Assembly: GCA_964016885.1 (NCBI GenBank)
Contig: OZ024749.1
Span: 12,834,001 to 12,898,000, forward strand
Origin: Eledone cirrhosa
Taxonomy: Eukaryota
Direction: 5' to 3'
Length of the DNA stretch: 64,000 bases
Made by a program: the position numbers and the translations under genes
Notes under the pieces: generated by a model
The model's database searches: none
The model's input: the letters and a program-made list of their open reading frames with translations, nothing else
What the model was told of the DNA's origin: nothing
Shown here: positions 44,601 through 59,159 of the stretch, piece by piece
Layout of the letters: every line of letters starts with the position of its first letter
How positions within the stretch are numbered: position 1 is the first letter of the stretch

Positions 44601-45500
44601 CGGCTGTCTTTAATGGAATCTAGTCCTCTACACTGCTAGACATAAACCACCACCCTGTTTAACACCCTCATCTGGTCCTCGGTTGTCTTTAATGGAATCT
44701 AGTCCACTACACTGCTAGACATAAACCACCACCCAGTTTAACACCCCCTTCTAGTCCTCGGCTGTCTTTAATAGAATCTAGTCCATTACATTGCTAGACA
44801 TAAACCACCACCCAGTTTAACACCCCCATCTAGTCCTCGGCTGTCTTTAATAGAATCTAGGCCACTACACTGCTAGACATAAGACACCACCCAGTTTAAC
44901 ACCCCCATCTGGTCCTTGGCTGTCTTTAATGGAATCTAGTCCACTACACTGCTAGACATAAACCACCACCCAGTTTAACACCCCCTTCTAGTCCTCGGCT
45001 GTCTTTAATAGAATCTAGTCCACTACACTGCTAGACATAAACCACCACCCTGTTTAACACCCCCATTCGGTCCTCGGCTGTCTTTAATAGAATCTAGTCC
45101 ACTACACTGCTAGACATAAACCACCACCCAGTTTAACACCCCCATCTGGTCCTCGGCTGTCTTTAATAGAATCTAGTCCACTATACTGCTAGACATAAAC
45201 CACCACCCAGTTTAACACCCCCATCTGGTCCTCGGCTGTCTTTAATGGAATCTAGTCCACTACACTGCTGGACATAAACCACCACCCAGTTTAACACCCC
45301 CATCCGGTCCTCGGCTGTCTTTAATAGAATCTAGCTCACTACACTGCTAGACATAAACCACCACCCAGTTTAACACCCCCATCTGGTCCTCGGCTGTCTT
45401 TAATGGAATCTAGTCCACTACACTGCTAGACATAAACCACCACCCAGTTTAACACCCCCATCCGGTCCTCGGCTGTCTTTAATAGAATCTAGCCCACTAC
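32700..45500. repeat. HOR family 2: 29-monomer (2,291-bp) base unit with 7-, 17- and 46-monomer derived periods
   Basis: Marker TTTATTGG (preceded by GTCTCTAA and CATCTTG) at 33790, 36081, 36634, 38925, 42559, 43902. Spacings 2291, 553, 2291, 3634, 1343 equal 29, 7, 29, 46, 17 x 79. Confidence 0.9.
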
Positions 45501-46839
45501 ACTGCTAGACATAAACCACCACCCAGTTTAACACCCCCATCTGGTCCTCGGCTGTCTTTAATGGAATCTAGTCCACTACACTGCTAGACATAAACCACCA
45601 CCCAGTTTAACACCCCCATCCGGTCCTCGGCTGTCTTTAATAGAATCTAGCCCACTACACTGCTAGACATAAACCACCACCCAGTTTAACACCCCCATCC
45701 GGTCCTCGGCTGTCTTTAATAGAATCTAGTCCACTACACTGCTAGACATAAACCACCACCCAGTTCAACACCCCCATCTAGTCCTCGGCTGTCTTTAATG
45801 GAATCTAGTCCACTACACTGCTAGACATAAACCACCACCCAGTTTAACACCCCCATCCGGTCCTCGGCTGTCTTTAATAGAATCTAGTCAACTACACTGC
45901 TAGACATCAACCACCACCCAGTTTAACACCCCCATCTAGTCCTCGGCTGCCTTTAATAGAATCTAGCCCACTACACTGCTAGACATAAACCACCACCCTG
46001 TTTAACACCCCCATCTAGTCCTCGGCTGTCTTTAATGGAATCTAGTCCACTACACTGCTAGACATAAACCACCACCCTGTTTAACACCCCCATCTAGTCC
46101 TCGGCTGTCTTTAATGGAATCTAGTCCACTACACTGCTAGACATAAACCACCACCCAGTTTAACACCCCCATCTAGTCCTCGGCTGTCTTTAATGGAATC
46201 TAGTCCACTACACTGCTAGACATAAACCACCACCCTGTTTAACACCCCCATCTAGTCCTCGGCTGTCTTTAATGGAATCTAGTCCACTACACTGCTAGAC
46301 ATAAACCACCACCCAGTTTAACACCCCCATCTAGTCCTCGGCTGTCTTTAATGGAATCTAGTCCACTACACTGCTAGACATAAACCACCACCCAGTTTAA
46401 CACCCCCATCTGGTCCTCGGCTGTCTTTAATGGAATCTAGTCCACTACACTGCTAGACATAAACCACCACCCAGTTTAACACCCCCATCTGGTCCTCGGC
46501 TGTCTTTAATAGAATCTAGTCCACTACACTGCTAGACATAAACCACCACCCTGTTTAACACCCCCATCTGGTCCTCGGCTGTCTTTAATAGAATCTAGTC
46601 CACTACACTGCTAGACATAAACCACCACCCAGTTTAACACCCCCATCTGGTCCTCGGCTGTCTTTAATGGAATCTAGTCCACTACACTGCTAGACATAAA
46701 CCACCACCCTGTTTAACACCCCCATCTGGTCCTCGGCTGTCTTTAATGGAATCTAGTCCACTACACTGCTAGACATAAACCACCACCCTGTTTAACACCC
46801 CCATCTGGTCCTCGGCTGTCTTTAATAGAATCTAGTCCA

Positions 46840-48330
46840 CTACACTGCTAGACATAAACCACCACCCAGTTTAAAACCCCCATCTGGTCCTCGGCTGTCT
46901 TTAATGGAATCTAGTCCACTACACTGCTAGACATCAACCACCACCCAGTTTAACACCCCCATCTGGTCCTCGGCTGTCTTTAATGGAATCTAGTCCACTA
47001 CACTGCTAGACATAAACCACCACCCTGTTTAACACCCCCATCTGGTCCTCGGCTGTCTTTAATAGAATCTAGTCAACTACACTGCTAGACATAAACCACC
47101 ACCCAGTTTAACACCCCCATCTGGTCCTCGGCTGTCTTCAATGGAATCTAGTCCACTACACTGCTAGACATCAACCACCACCCAGTTTAACACCCCCATC
47201 TGGTCCTCGGCTGTCTTTAATGGAATCTAGTCCACTACACTGCTAGACATAAACCACCACCCTGTTTAACACCCCCATCTGGTCCTCGGCTGTCTTTAAT
47301 AGAATCTAGTCCACTACACTGCTAGACATAAACCACCACCCAGTTTAACACCCCCATCTGGTCCTCGGCTGTCTTTAATGGAATCTAGTCCACTACACTG
47401 CTAGACATCAACCACCACCCAGTTTAACACCCCCATCTGGTCCTCGGCTGTCTTTAATGGAATCTAGTCCACTACACTGCTAGACATAAACCACCACCCA
47501 GTTTAACACCCCCATCTGGTCCTCGGCTGTCTTTAATAGAATCTAGTCCACTACACTGCTAGACATAAACCACCACCCTGTTTAACACCCCCATCTGGTC
47601 CTCGGCTGTCTTTAATGGAATCTAGTCCACTACACTGCTAGACATAAACCACCACCCTGTTTAACACCCCCATCTGGTCCTCGGCTGTCTTTAATAGAAT
47701 CTAGTCAACTACACTGCTAGACATAAACCACCACCCAGTTTAACACCCCCATCTGGTCCTCGGCTGTCTTTAATGGAATCTAGTCCACTACACTGCTAGA
47801 CATCAACCACCACCCAGTTTAACACCCCCATCTGGTCCTCGGCTGTCTTTAATGGAATCTAGTCCACTACACTGCTAGACATAAACCACCACCCTGTTTA
47901 ACACCCCCATCTGGTCCTCGGCTGTCTTTAATAGAATCTAGTCCACTACACTGCTAGACATAAACCACCACCCAGTTTAACACCCCCATCTGGTCCTCGG
48001 CTGTCTTTAATGGAATCTAGTCCACTACACTGCTAGACATCAACCACCACCCAGTTTAACACCCCCATCTGGTCCTCGGCTGTCTTTAATGGAATCTAGT
48101 CCACTACACTGCTAGACATAAACCACCACCCAGTTTAACACCCCCATCTGGTCCTCGGCTGTCTTTAATGGAATCTAGTCCACTACACTGCTAGACATAA
48201 ACCACCACCCTGTTTAACACCCCCATCTGGTCCTCGGCTGTCTTTAATAGAATCTAGTCCACTACACTGCTAGACATCAACCACCACCCAGTTTAACACC
48301 CCCATCTGGTCCTCGGCTGTCTTTAATAGA
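46840..48330. repeat. 3-monomer (237-bp) HOR nested in an 8-monomer duplication, CTGG-homogenised block
   Basis: ACATCAAC at 46935, 47172, 47409, 47804, 48041, 48278 (spacings 237, 237, 395, 237, 237). GTCAAC at 47075 and 47707 (632 = 8x79). Confidence 0.85.
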
Positions 48331-48999
48331 ATCTAGTCCACTACACTGCTAGACATAAACCACCACCCATTTTAACACCCCCATCTAGTCCTCGGCTGTC
48401 TTTAATGGAATCTAGTCCACTACACTGCTAGACATAAACCACCACCCAGTTTAACACCCCCATCTAGTCCTCGGCTGTCTTTAATGGAATCTAGTCCACT
48501 ACACTGCTAGACATAAACCACCACCCTGTTTAACACCCCCATCTGGTCCTCGGCTGTCTTTAATGGAATCTAGTGCACTACACTGCTAGATATAAACCAC
48601 CACCCAGTTTAACACCCCCATCTGGTCCTCGGCTGTCTTTAATAGAATCTAGTCCACTACACTGCTAGACATAAACCACCACCCAGTTTAACACCCCCAT
48701 CTGGTCCTCGGCTGTCTTTAATGGAATCTAGTCCACTACACTGCTAGACATAAACCACCACCCAGTTTAACACCCCCATCTAGTCCTCGGCTGTCTTTAA
48801 TAGAATCTAGTCCACTACACTGCTAGACATAAACCACCACCCAGTTTAACACCCCCATCTGGTCCTCGGCTGTCTTTAATAGAATCTAGTCCACTACACT
48901 GCTAGACATAAACCACCACCCAGTTTAACACCCCCATCTGGTCCTCGGCTGTCTTTAATGGAATCTAGTCCACTACACTGCTAGACATAAACCACCACC

Positions 49000-51900
49000 C
49001 AGTTTAACACCCCCATCCGGTCCTCGGCTGTCTTTAATAGAATCTAGTCCACTACACTGCTAGACATAAACCACCACCCAGTTTAACACCCCCATCTAGT
49101 CCTCGGCTGTCTTTAATAGAATCTAGTCCACTACACTGCTAGACATAAACCACCACCCTGTTTAACACCCCCATCTAGTCCTCGGCTGTCTTTAATGGAA
49201 TCTAGTCCACTACACTGCTAGACATAAACCACCACTCAGTTTAACACTCCCATATGGTCCTCGGCTGTCTTTAATAGAATCTAGTCCACTACACTGCTAG
49301 ACATAAACCACCACCCAGTTTAACACCCCCATCTAGTCCTCGGCTGTCTTTAATGGAATCTAGTCCACTACACTGCTAGACATAAACCACCACCCAGTTT
49401 AACACCCCCATCTAGTCCTCGGCTGTCTTTAATGGAATCTAGTCCACTACACTGCTAGACATAAACCACCACCCAGTTTAACACCCCCATCTGGTCCTCG
49501 GCTGTCTTTAATGGAATCTAGTCCACTACACTGCTACACATAAACCACCACCCAGTTTAACACCCCCATCTGGTCCTCGGCTGTCTTTAATGGAATCTAG
49601 TCCACTACACGGCTAGACATAAACCACCACCCAGTTTAACACCCCCATCTGGTCCTCGGCTGTCTTTAATGGAATCTAGTCCACTACACTGCTAGACATA
49701 AACCACCACCCAGTTTAACACCCCCATCTGGTCCTCGGCTGTCTTTAACAGAATCTAGTACACTACACTACTAGACATAAACCACCACCCAGTTTAACAC
49801 CCCCATGTAGTCCTCGGCAGTCTTTAATAGAATCTAAATCACTACACTGCTAGACATAAACCACCACCCAGTTTAACACCCCCATCTGGTCCTCGGCTGT
49901 CTTTAATAGAATCTAGTCCTCTACACTGCTAGACATAAACCACCACCCAGTTTAACACCCCCATCTGGACCTCGGCTGTCTTTAAAAGAATCTAGTCCTC
50001 TACACAGCTACACATAAACCACCACCCTGTTTAACACCCCCATCTGGTCCTCGGCTGTCTTTAATAGAATCTAGTCCACTACACTGCTAGACATAAACCA
50101 CCACCCATTTTAACACCCACGTCTAGTCCTCGGCTGTCTTTAAAGAATCTAGTCCACTACACTGCTAGACATAAAACACCACCCAGTTTAACACCCCCAT
50201 ATGGTCCTCGGCTGTCTTTAATGGAATCTAGTCCACTACACTGCTAGACATAAACCACCACCCTGTTTAACACCCTCATCTGGTCCTCGGTTGTCTTTAA
50301 TGGAATCTAGTCCACTACACTGCTAGACATAAACCACCACCCAGTTTAACACCCCCTTCTAGTCCTCGGCTGTCTTTAATAGAATCTAGTCCATTACATT
50401 GCTAGACATAAACCACCACCCAGTTTAACACCCCCATCTAGTCCTCGGCTGTCTTTAATAGAATCTAGGCCACTACACTGCTAGACATAAAACACCACCC
50501 AGTTTAACACCCCCATCTGGTCCTTGGCTGTCTTTAATGGAATCTAGTCCACTACACTGCTAGACATAAACCACCACCCAGTTTAACACCCTCATCAGGT
50601 CCTCGGTTGTCTTTAATGGAATCTAGTCCACTACACTGCTAGACATAAAACACCACCCAGTTTAACACCCCCATCCGGTCCTCGGCTGTCTTTAATAGAA
50701 TCTAGTCCACTACACTGCTAGACATAAACCACCACCCAGTTTAACACCCCCATCTGGTCCTCGGCTGTCTTTAATGGAATCTAGTCCACTACACTGCTAG
50801 ATATAAACCACCACCCAGTTTAACACCCCCATCTGGTCCTCGGCTGTCCTTAATAGAATCTAGTCCACTACACTGCTAGACATAAACCACCACCCAGTTT
50901 AACACCCCCATCTGGTCCTCGGCTGTCTTTAAAAGAATCTAGTCCACTACACTGCTAGATATAAACGACCACCCAGTTTAACACCCCCATCTGGTCCTCG
51001 GCTGTCTTTAATAGAATCTAGTCCACTATACTGCTAGACATAAACCACCACCCAGTTTAACACCCCCATCTGGTCCTCGGCTGTCTTTAATGGAATCTAG
51101 TCCACTACACTGCTAGACATAAACCACCACCCAGTTTAACACCCCCATCCGGTCCTCGGCTGTCTTTAATAGAATCTAGCCCACTACACTGCTAGACATA
51201 AACCACCACCCTGTTTAACACCCCCATCTGGTCCTCGGCTGTCTTTAATGGAATCTAGTCCACTACACTGCTAGACATAAACCACCACCCAGTTTAACAC
51301 CCCCATCCGGTCCTCGGCTGTCTTTAATAGAATCTAGTCCCCTACACTGCTAGACATAAACCACCACCCAGTTTAACACCCCCATCTAGTCCTCGGCTGT
51401 CTTTAATAGAATCTAGTCCACTACACTGCTAGACATAAACCACCACCCTGTTTAACACCCCCATCTAGTCCTCGGCTGTCTTTAATGGAATCTAGTCCAC
51501 TACACTGCTAGACATAAACCACCACTCAGTTTAACACCCCCATCTAGTCCTCGGCTGTCTTTAATGGAATCTAGTCCACTACACTGCTAGACATAAACCA
51601 CCACCCAGTTTAACACCCCCATCTAGTCCTCGGCTGTCTTTAATGGAATCTAGTCCACTACACTGCTAGACATAAACCACCACCCAGTTTAACACCCCCA
51701 TCTAGTCCTCGGCTGTCTTTAATGGAATCTAGTCCACTACACTGCTAGACATAAACCACCACCCAGTTTAACACCCCCATCTAGTCCTCGGCTGTCTTTA
51801 ATGGAATCTAGTCCACTACACTGCTAGACATAAACCACCACCCAGTTTAACACCCCCATCTAGTCCTCGGCTGTCTTTAATGGAATCTAGTCCACTACAC

Positions 51901-53900
51901 TGCTAGACATAAACCACCACCCAGTTTAACACCCCCATCTGGTCCTCGGCTGTCTTTAATGGAATCTAGTCCACTACACTGCTAGACATAAACCACCACC
52001 CAGTTTAACACCCCCATCTGGTCCTCGGCTGTCTTTAATGGAATCTAGTCCACTACACTGCTAGACATAAACCACCACCCAGTTTAACACCCCCATCTGG
52101 TCCTCGGCTGTCTTTAACAGAATCTAGTACACTACACTACTAGACATAAACCACCACCCAGTTTAACACCCCCATGTAGTCCTCGGCAGTCTTTAATAGA
52201 ATCTAGTCCACTACACTGCTAGACATAAACCATCACCCAGTTTAACACCCCCATCTGGTCCTCGGCTGTCTTTAATAGAATCTAGTCCTCTACACTGCTA
52301 GACATAAACCACCACCCAGTTTAACACCCCCATCTGGACCTCGGCTGTCTTTAAAAGAATCTAGTCCACTACACAGCTACACATAAACCACCACCCTGTT
52401 TAACACCACCATCTGGTCCTCGGCTGTCTTTAATAGAATCTAGTCCACTACACTGCTAGACATAAACCACCACCCATTTTAACACCCCCGTCTAGTCCTC
52501 GGCTGTCTTTAATAGAATCTAGTCCACTACACTGCTAGACATAAAACACCACCCAGTTTAACACCCCCATATGGTCCTCGGCTGTCTTTAATGGAATCTA
52601 GTCCACTACACTGCTAGACATAAACCACCACCCTGTTTAACACCCTCATCTGGTCCTCGGTTGTCTTTAATGGAATCTAGTCCACTACACTGCTAGACAT
52701 AAACCACCACCCAGTTTAACACCCCCTTCTAGTCCTCGGCTGTCTTTAATAGAATCTAGTCCATTACATTGCTAGACATAAACCACCACCCAGTTTAACA
52801 CCCCCATCTAGTCCTCGGCTGTCTTTAATAGAATCTAGGCCACTACACTGCTAGACATAAAACACCACCCAGTTTAACACCCCCATCTGGTCCTTGGTTG
52901 TCTTTAATGGAATCTAGTCCACTACACTGCTAGACATAAACCACCACCAAGTTTAACAACCTCATCTGGTCCTCGGTTGTCTTTAATGGAATCTAGTCCA
53001 CTACACTGCTAGACATAAACCACCACCCAGTTTAACACCCCCTTCTAGTCCTCGGCTGTCTTTAATAGAATCTAGTCCACTACACTGCTAGACATAAACC
53101 ACCACCCAGTTTAACACCCCCATCCGGTCCTCGGCTGTCTTTAATAGAATCTAGTCCACTACACTGCTAGACATAAAACACCACCCAGTTTAACACCCCC
53201 ATCTGGTCCTCGGCTGTCTTTAATGGAATCTAGTCCACTACACTGCTAGACATAAACGACCACCCAGTTTAACACCCCCATCCGGTCCTCGGCTGTCTTT
53301 AATAGAATCTAGTCCACTACACTGCTAGACATAAACCACCACCCAGTTTAACACCCCCATCTGGTCCTCGGCTGTCTTTAATGGAATCTAGTCCACTACA
53401 CTGCTAGATATAAACCACCACCCAGTTTAACACCCCCATCTGGTCCTCGGCTGTCCTTAATAGAATCTAGTCCACTACACTGCTAGACATAAACCACCAC
53501 CCAGTTTAACACCCCCATCTGGTCCTCGGCTGTCTTTAAAAGAATCTAGTCCACTACACTGCTAGATATAAACGACCACCCAGTTTAACACCCCCATCTG
53601 GTCCTCGGCTGTCTTTAATAGAATCTAGTCCACTATACTGCTAGACATAAACCACCACCCAGTTTAACACCCCCATCTGGTCCTCGGCTGTCTTTAATGG
53701 AATCTAGTCCACTACACTGCTAGACATAAACCACCACCCAGTTTAACATCACCATCCGGTCCTCGGCTGTCTTTAATAGAATCTAGCCCACTACACTGCT
53801 AGACATAAACCACCACCCAGTTTAACACCCCCATCTGGTCCTCGGCTGTCTTTAATGGAATCTAGTCCACTACACTGCTAGACATAAACCACCACCCAGT
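49000..53900. repeat. Two diverged tandem copies of an approximately 30-monomer unit related to HOR family 2
   Basis: AACAG marker at 49749 and 52118, GGACC marker at 49969 and 52338 (2369 = 30x79-1). Shared downstream variants GTCCTTAA, GATATAAACGACC, CTATACTG and CTAGCCC. Confidence 0.8.
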
Positions 53901-54339
53901 TTAACACCCCTATCCGGTCCTCGGCTGTCTTTAATAGAATCTAGTCCACTACACTGCTAGACATAAACCACCACCCAGTTTAACACCCCCATCTGGTCCT
54001 CGGCTGTCTTTAATAGAATCTAGTCCACTACACTACTGGACATAAACCACCACCCAGTTTAACATCACCATCTGGTCCTCGGCTGTCTTTAATGGAATCT
54101 AGTCCACTACACTGCTAGACATAAACCACCACCCTGTTTAACACCCCCATCTGGTCCTCGGCTGTCTTTAATAGAATCTAGTCCACTACACTGCTAGACA
54201 TAAACCACCACCCTGTTTAACACCCCCATCTCGTCGTCGGCTGTCTTTAATAGAGTCTAGTCCACTACACTGCTAGACACAAACCACCACCCAGTTTAAC
54301 ACCCCCATCTGGTCCTCGGCTGTCTTTAATAGAATCTAG

Positions 54340-55600
54340 TCCACTATACTGCTAGACACAAACCACCACCCAGTTTAACACCCCCATCCGGTCCTCGGCT
54401 GTCTTTAATAGAATCTAGTCCGCTACACTGCTAGACACAGACCACCACCCAGTTTAACACCCCCATCTAGTCCTCGGCTGTCTTTAATAGAATCTAGTCC
54501 ACTACACTGCTAGACATAAACCACCACCCAGTTTAACACCCCCATCTGGTCCTCGGCTGTCTTTAATAGAATCTAGTCCACTACACTGCTAGACACAAAC
54601 CACCACCCAGTTTAACACCCCCATCTAGTCCTCGGCTGTCTTGAATAGAATCTAGTCCACTACACTGCTAGACATAAACCACCACCCAGTTTAACACCCC
54701 CATCCGGTCCTGGGCTGTCTTTAATAGAATCTAGTCCACTACACTGCTAGACATAAACCACCACCGAGTTTAAAACACCCATCCGGTCCTCGGCTGTCTT
54801 TAATAAAATCTAGTCCACTACACTGCTATACATAAACCACCACCCTGTTTAACACCCCCATCCGGTCCTCGGCTGTCTTCAATAGAATCTAGTCCACTAC
54901 ACTGCTAGACATAAACCACCACCGAGTTTAACACACCCATCCGGTCCTCGGCTGTCTTTAATAGAATCTAGTCCACTACACTGCTAGACATAAACCACCA
55001 CCCAGTTTAACACCCCCATCCGGTCCTCGGCTGTCTTTAATAGAATCTAGTCCACTACACTGCTAGACACAGACCATCACCCAGTTTAACACCCCCATCT
55101 AGTCCTCGGCTGTCTTTAATAGAATCTAGTCCACTACACTGCTAGACATAAACCACCACCCAGTTTAACACCCCCATCTGGTCCTCGGCTGTCTTTAATA
55201 GAATCTAGTCCACTACACTGCTAGACACAAACCACCACCCAGTTTAACACCCCCATCTAGTCCTCGGCTGTCTTGAATAGAATCTAGTCCACTACACTGC
55301 TAGACATAAACCACCACCCAGTTTAACACCCCCATCCGGTCCTGGGCTGTCTTTAATAGAATCTAGTCCACTACGCTGCTAGACATAAACCACCACCGAG
55401 TTTAACACACCCATCCGGTCCTCGGCTGTCTTTAATAGAATCTAGTCCACTACACTGCTATACATAAACCACCACCCTGTTTAACACCCCCATCCGGTCC
55501 TCGGCTGTCTTCAATAGAATCTAGTCCACTACACTGCTAGACATAAACCACCACCCAGTTTAACACCCCCATCTAGTCCTCGGCTGTCTTCAATAGAATC
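54340..55600. repeat. 8-monomer (632-bp) tandem duplication
   Basis: ACACAGACC at 54440 and 55072, TTGAAT at 54643 and 55275, CCTGGG at 54712 and 55344. CCGAG, GCTATAC and TTCAAT also recur at the same offset. Confidence 0.88.
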
Positions 55601-58600
55601 TAGTCCACTACACTGCTAGACATAAACCACCACCCAGTTTAACACCCCCATCTGGTCCTCGGCTGTCTTTAATAGAATCTAGTCCACTACACTGCTAGAC
55701 ATAAACCACCACCCAGTTTAACATCACCATCCGGTCCTCGGCTGTCTTTAATAGAATCTAGTCCACTACACTGCTAGACATAAACCACCACCCAGTTTAA
55801 CACCCCCATCTGGTCCTCGGCTGTCTTTAATAGAATCTAGTCCACTACACTGCTAGACATAAACCACCACCCAGTTTAACACCCCCATCTAGTCCTCGGC
55901 TGTCTTTAATAGAATCTAGTCCACTACACTGCTAGACATAAACCACCACCCAGTTTAACACCCCTATCTGGTCCTCGGCTGTCTTTAATAGAATCTAGTC
56001 CACTACACTGCTAGACACAAACCGCCACCCAGTTTAACACCCCCATCTGGTCCTCGGCTGTCTTTAATAGAATCTAGTCCACTACACTGCTAGACACAAA
56101 CCACCACCCAGTTTAACACCCCCATCCGGTCCTCGGCTGTCTTTAATAGAATCTAGTCCACTACACTGCTAGACACAAACCACCACCCAGTTTAACACCC
56201 CCATCTGGTCCTCGGCTGTCTTTAATAGAATCTAGTCCACTACACTGCTAGACATAAACCACCACCCAGTTTAACACCCCCATCTGGTCCTCGGCTGTCT
56301 TCAATAGAATCTAGTCCACTACACTGCTAGACATAAACCACCACCCAGTTTAACACCCCCATCCGGTACTCGGCTGTGTTTAATAGAATCTAGTCCACTA
56401 CACTGCTAGACATAAACCACCACCCAGTTTAACACCCCCATCTAGTCCTCGGCTGTCTTTAATAGAATCTAGTCCACTACACTGCTCGACATAAACCACC
56501 ACCCAGTTTAACATCACCATCTAGTCCTCGGCTGTCTTTAATGGAATCTAGTCCACTACACTGCTAGACATAAACCACCACCCAGTTTAACACCCCCATC
56601 TGGTCCTCGGCTGTCTTTAATGGAATCTAGTCCACTACACTGCTAGACATAAACCACCACCCAGTTTAACACCCCCATCTGGTCCTCGGCTGTCTTTAAT
56701 GGAATCTAGTACACTACACTACTAGACATAAACCACCACCCAGTTTAACACCCCCATGTAGTCCTCGGCAGTCTTTAATAGAATCTAGTCCACTACACTG
56801 CTAGACATAAACCACCACCCAGTTTAACACCCCCATCTGGTCCTCGGCTGTCTTTAATAGAATCTAGTCCTCTACACTGCTAGACATAAACCACCACCCA
56901 GTTTAACACCCCCATCTGGACCACGGCTGTCTTTAAAAGAATCTAGTCCACTACACTGCTACACATAAACCACCACCCTGTTTAATACCCCCATCTGGTC
57001 CTCGGCTGTCTTTAATAGAATCTAGTCCACTACACTGCTAGACATAAACCACCACCCATTTTAACACCCCCATCTAGTCCTCGGCTGTCTTTAATAGAAT
57101 CTAGTCCACTACAATGCTAGACATAAAACACCACCCAGTTTAACACCCCCATATGGTCCTCGGCTGTCTTTAATGGAATCTAGTCCACTACACTGCTAGA
57201 CATAAACCACCACCCTGTTTAACACCCCCATCTGGTCCTCAGCTGTCTTTAATAGAATCTAGTCCATTACATTGCTAGACATAAACCACCACCCAGTTTA
57301 ACACCCCCATCTAGTCCTCGGCTGTCTTTAATAGAATCTAGTCCACTACACTGCTAGACATAAAACACCACCCAGTTTAACACCCCCATCTGGTCCTTGG
57401 CTGTCTTTAATGGAATCTAGTCCACTACACTGCTAGACATAAACCACCACCCAGTTTAACACCCTCATCTGGTCCTCGGTTGTCTTTAATGGAATCTAGT
57501 CCACTACACTGCTAGACATAAACCACCACCCAGTTTAACACCCCCATCTAGTCCTCGGCTGTCTTTAATAGAATCTAGTCCACTACACTGCTAGACAAAA
57601 ACCACCACCCAGTTTAACACCCCCATCCGGTCCTCGGCTGTCTTTAATAGAATCTAGTCCTCTACACTGCTAGACATAAACCACCACCCAGTTTAACACC
57701 CCCATCTGGAACTCGGCTGTCTATAATAGAATCTAGTCCACTACACTGCTAGACATAAACCACCACCCAGTTTAACACCCCCATCTGGTCCTCGGCTGTC
57801 TTTAAAAGAATCTAGTCCACTACACTGCTAGATATAAACGACCACCCAGTTTAACACCCCCATCTGGTCCTCGGCTGTCTTTAATGGAATCTAGTCCACT
57901 ACACTGCTAGACATAAACCACCACCCAGTTTAACACCCCCATCCGGTCCTCGGCTGTCTTTAATAGAATATAGCCCACTACACTGCTAGACATAAACCAC
58001 CACCCAGTTTAACACCCCCATCTGGTCCTCAGCTGTCTTTAATGGAATCTAGTCCACTACACTGCTAGACATAAACCACCACCCAGTTTAACACCCCCAT
58101 CCGGTCCTCGGCTGTCTTTAATAGAATCTAGTCCACTACACTGCTAGACACAAACCACCACCCTGTTTAACACCCCCATCTGGTCCTTGGCTGTCTTTAA
58201 TAGAATCTAGTCCACTACACTGCTAGACATAAACCACCACCCAGTTTAACACCCCCATCTGGTCCTCGGCTGTCTTTAATAGAATCTAGTCCACTACACT
58301 GCTAGACATAAACCACCACCCAGTTTAACACCCCCATCTGGTCCTCGGCTGTCTTTAATAGAATCTAGTCCACTACACTGCTAGACATAAACCACCACCC
58401 AGTTTATCACCCCCATCCGGTCCTGGGCTGTCTTTAATAGAATCTAGTCCACTACACTGCTAGACACAAACCACCACCCAGTTTAACACCCCCATCTAGT
58501 CCTCGGCTGTCTTTAATAGAATCTAGTCCACTACACTGCTAGACATAAACCACTACCCAGTTTAACACCCCCATCTGGTCCTCGGCTGTCTTTAATAGAA

Positions 58601-59159
58601 TCTAGTTCACTACACTGCTAGACATAAACCACCACCGAGTTTAACACACCCATCTGGTCCTCGGCTGTCTTTAATAGAATCTAGTCCACTACACTGCTAG
58701 ACATAAACCACCACCCAGTTTAACACCCCCATCTGGTTCTCGGCTGTCTTTAATAGAATCTAGTTCACTACACTGCTAGACATAAACCACCACCGAGTTT
58801 AACACACCCATCTGGTCCTCGGCTGTCTTTAATAGAATCTAGTCCACTACACTGCTAGACATAAACCACCACCCAGTTTAACACCCCCATCTAGTCCTCG
58901 GCTGTCTTTAATAGAATCTAGTCCACTACACTGCTAGACATAAACCACCACCCAGTTTAACACCCCCATCTAGTCCTCGGCTGTCTTTAATAGAATCTAG
59001 TCCACTACACTGCTAGACATAAACCACCACCCAGTTTAACACCACCATCTGGTCCTCGGCTGTCTTTAATAGAATCTAGTCCACTACACTGCTAGACATA
59101 AACCACCACCCAGTTTAACACCCCCATCTGGTCCTCGGCTGTCTTTAATAGAATCTAGT

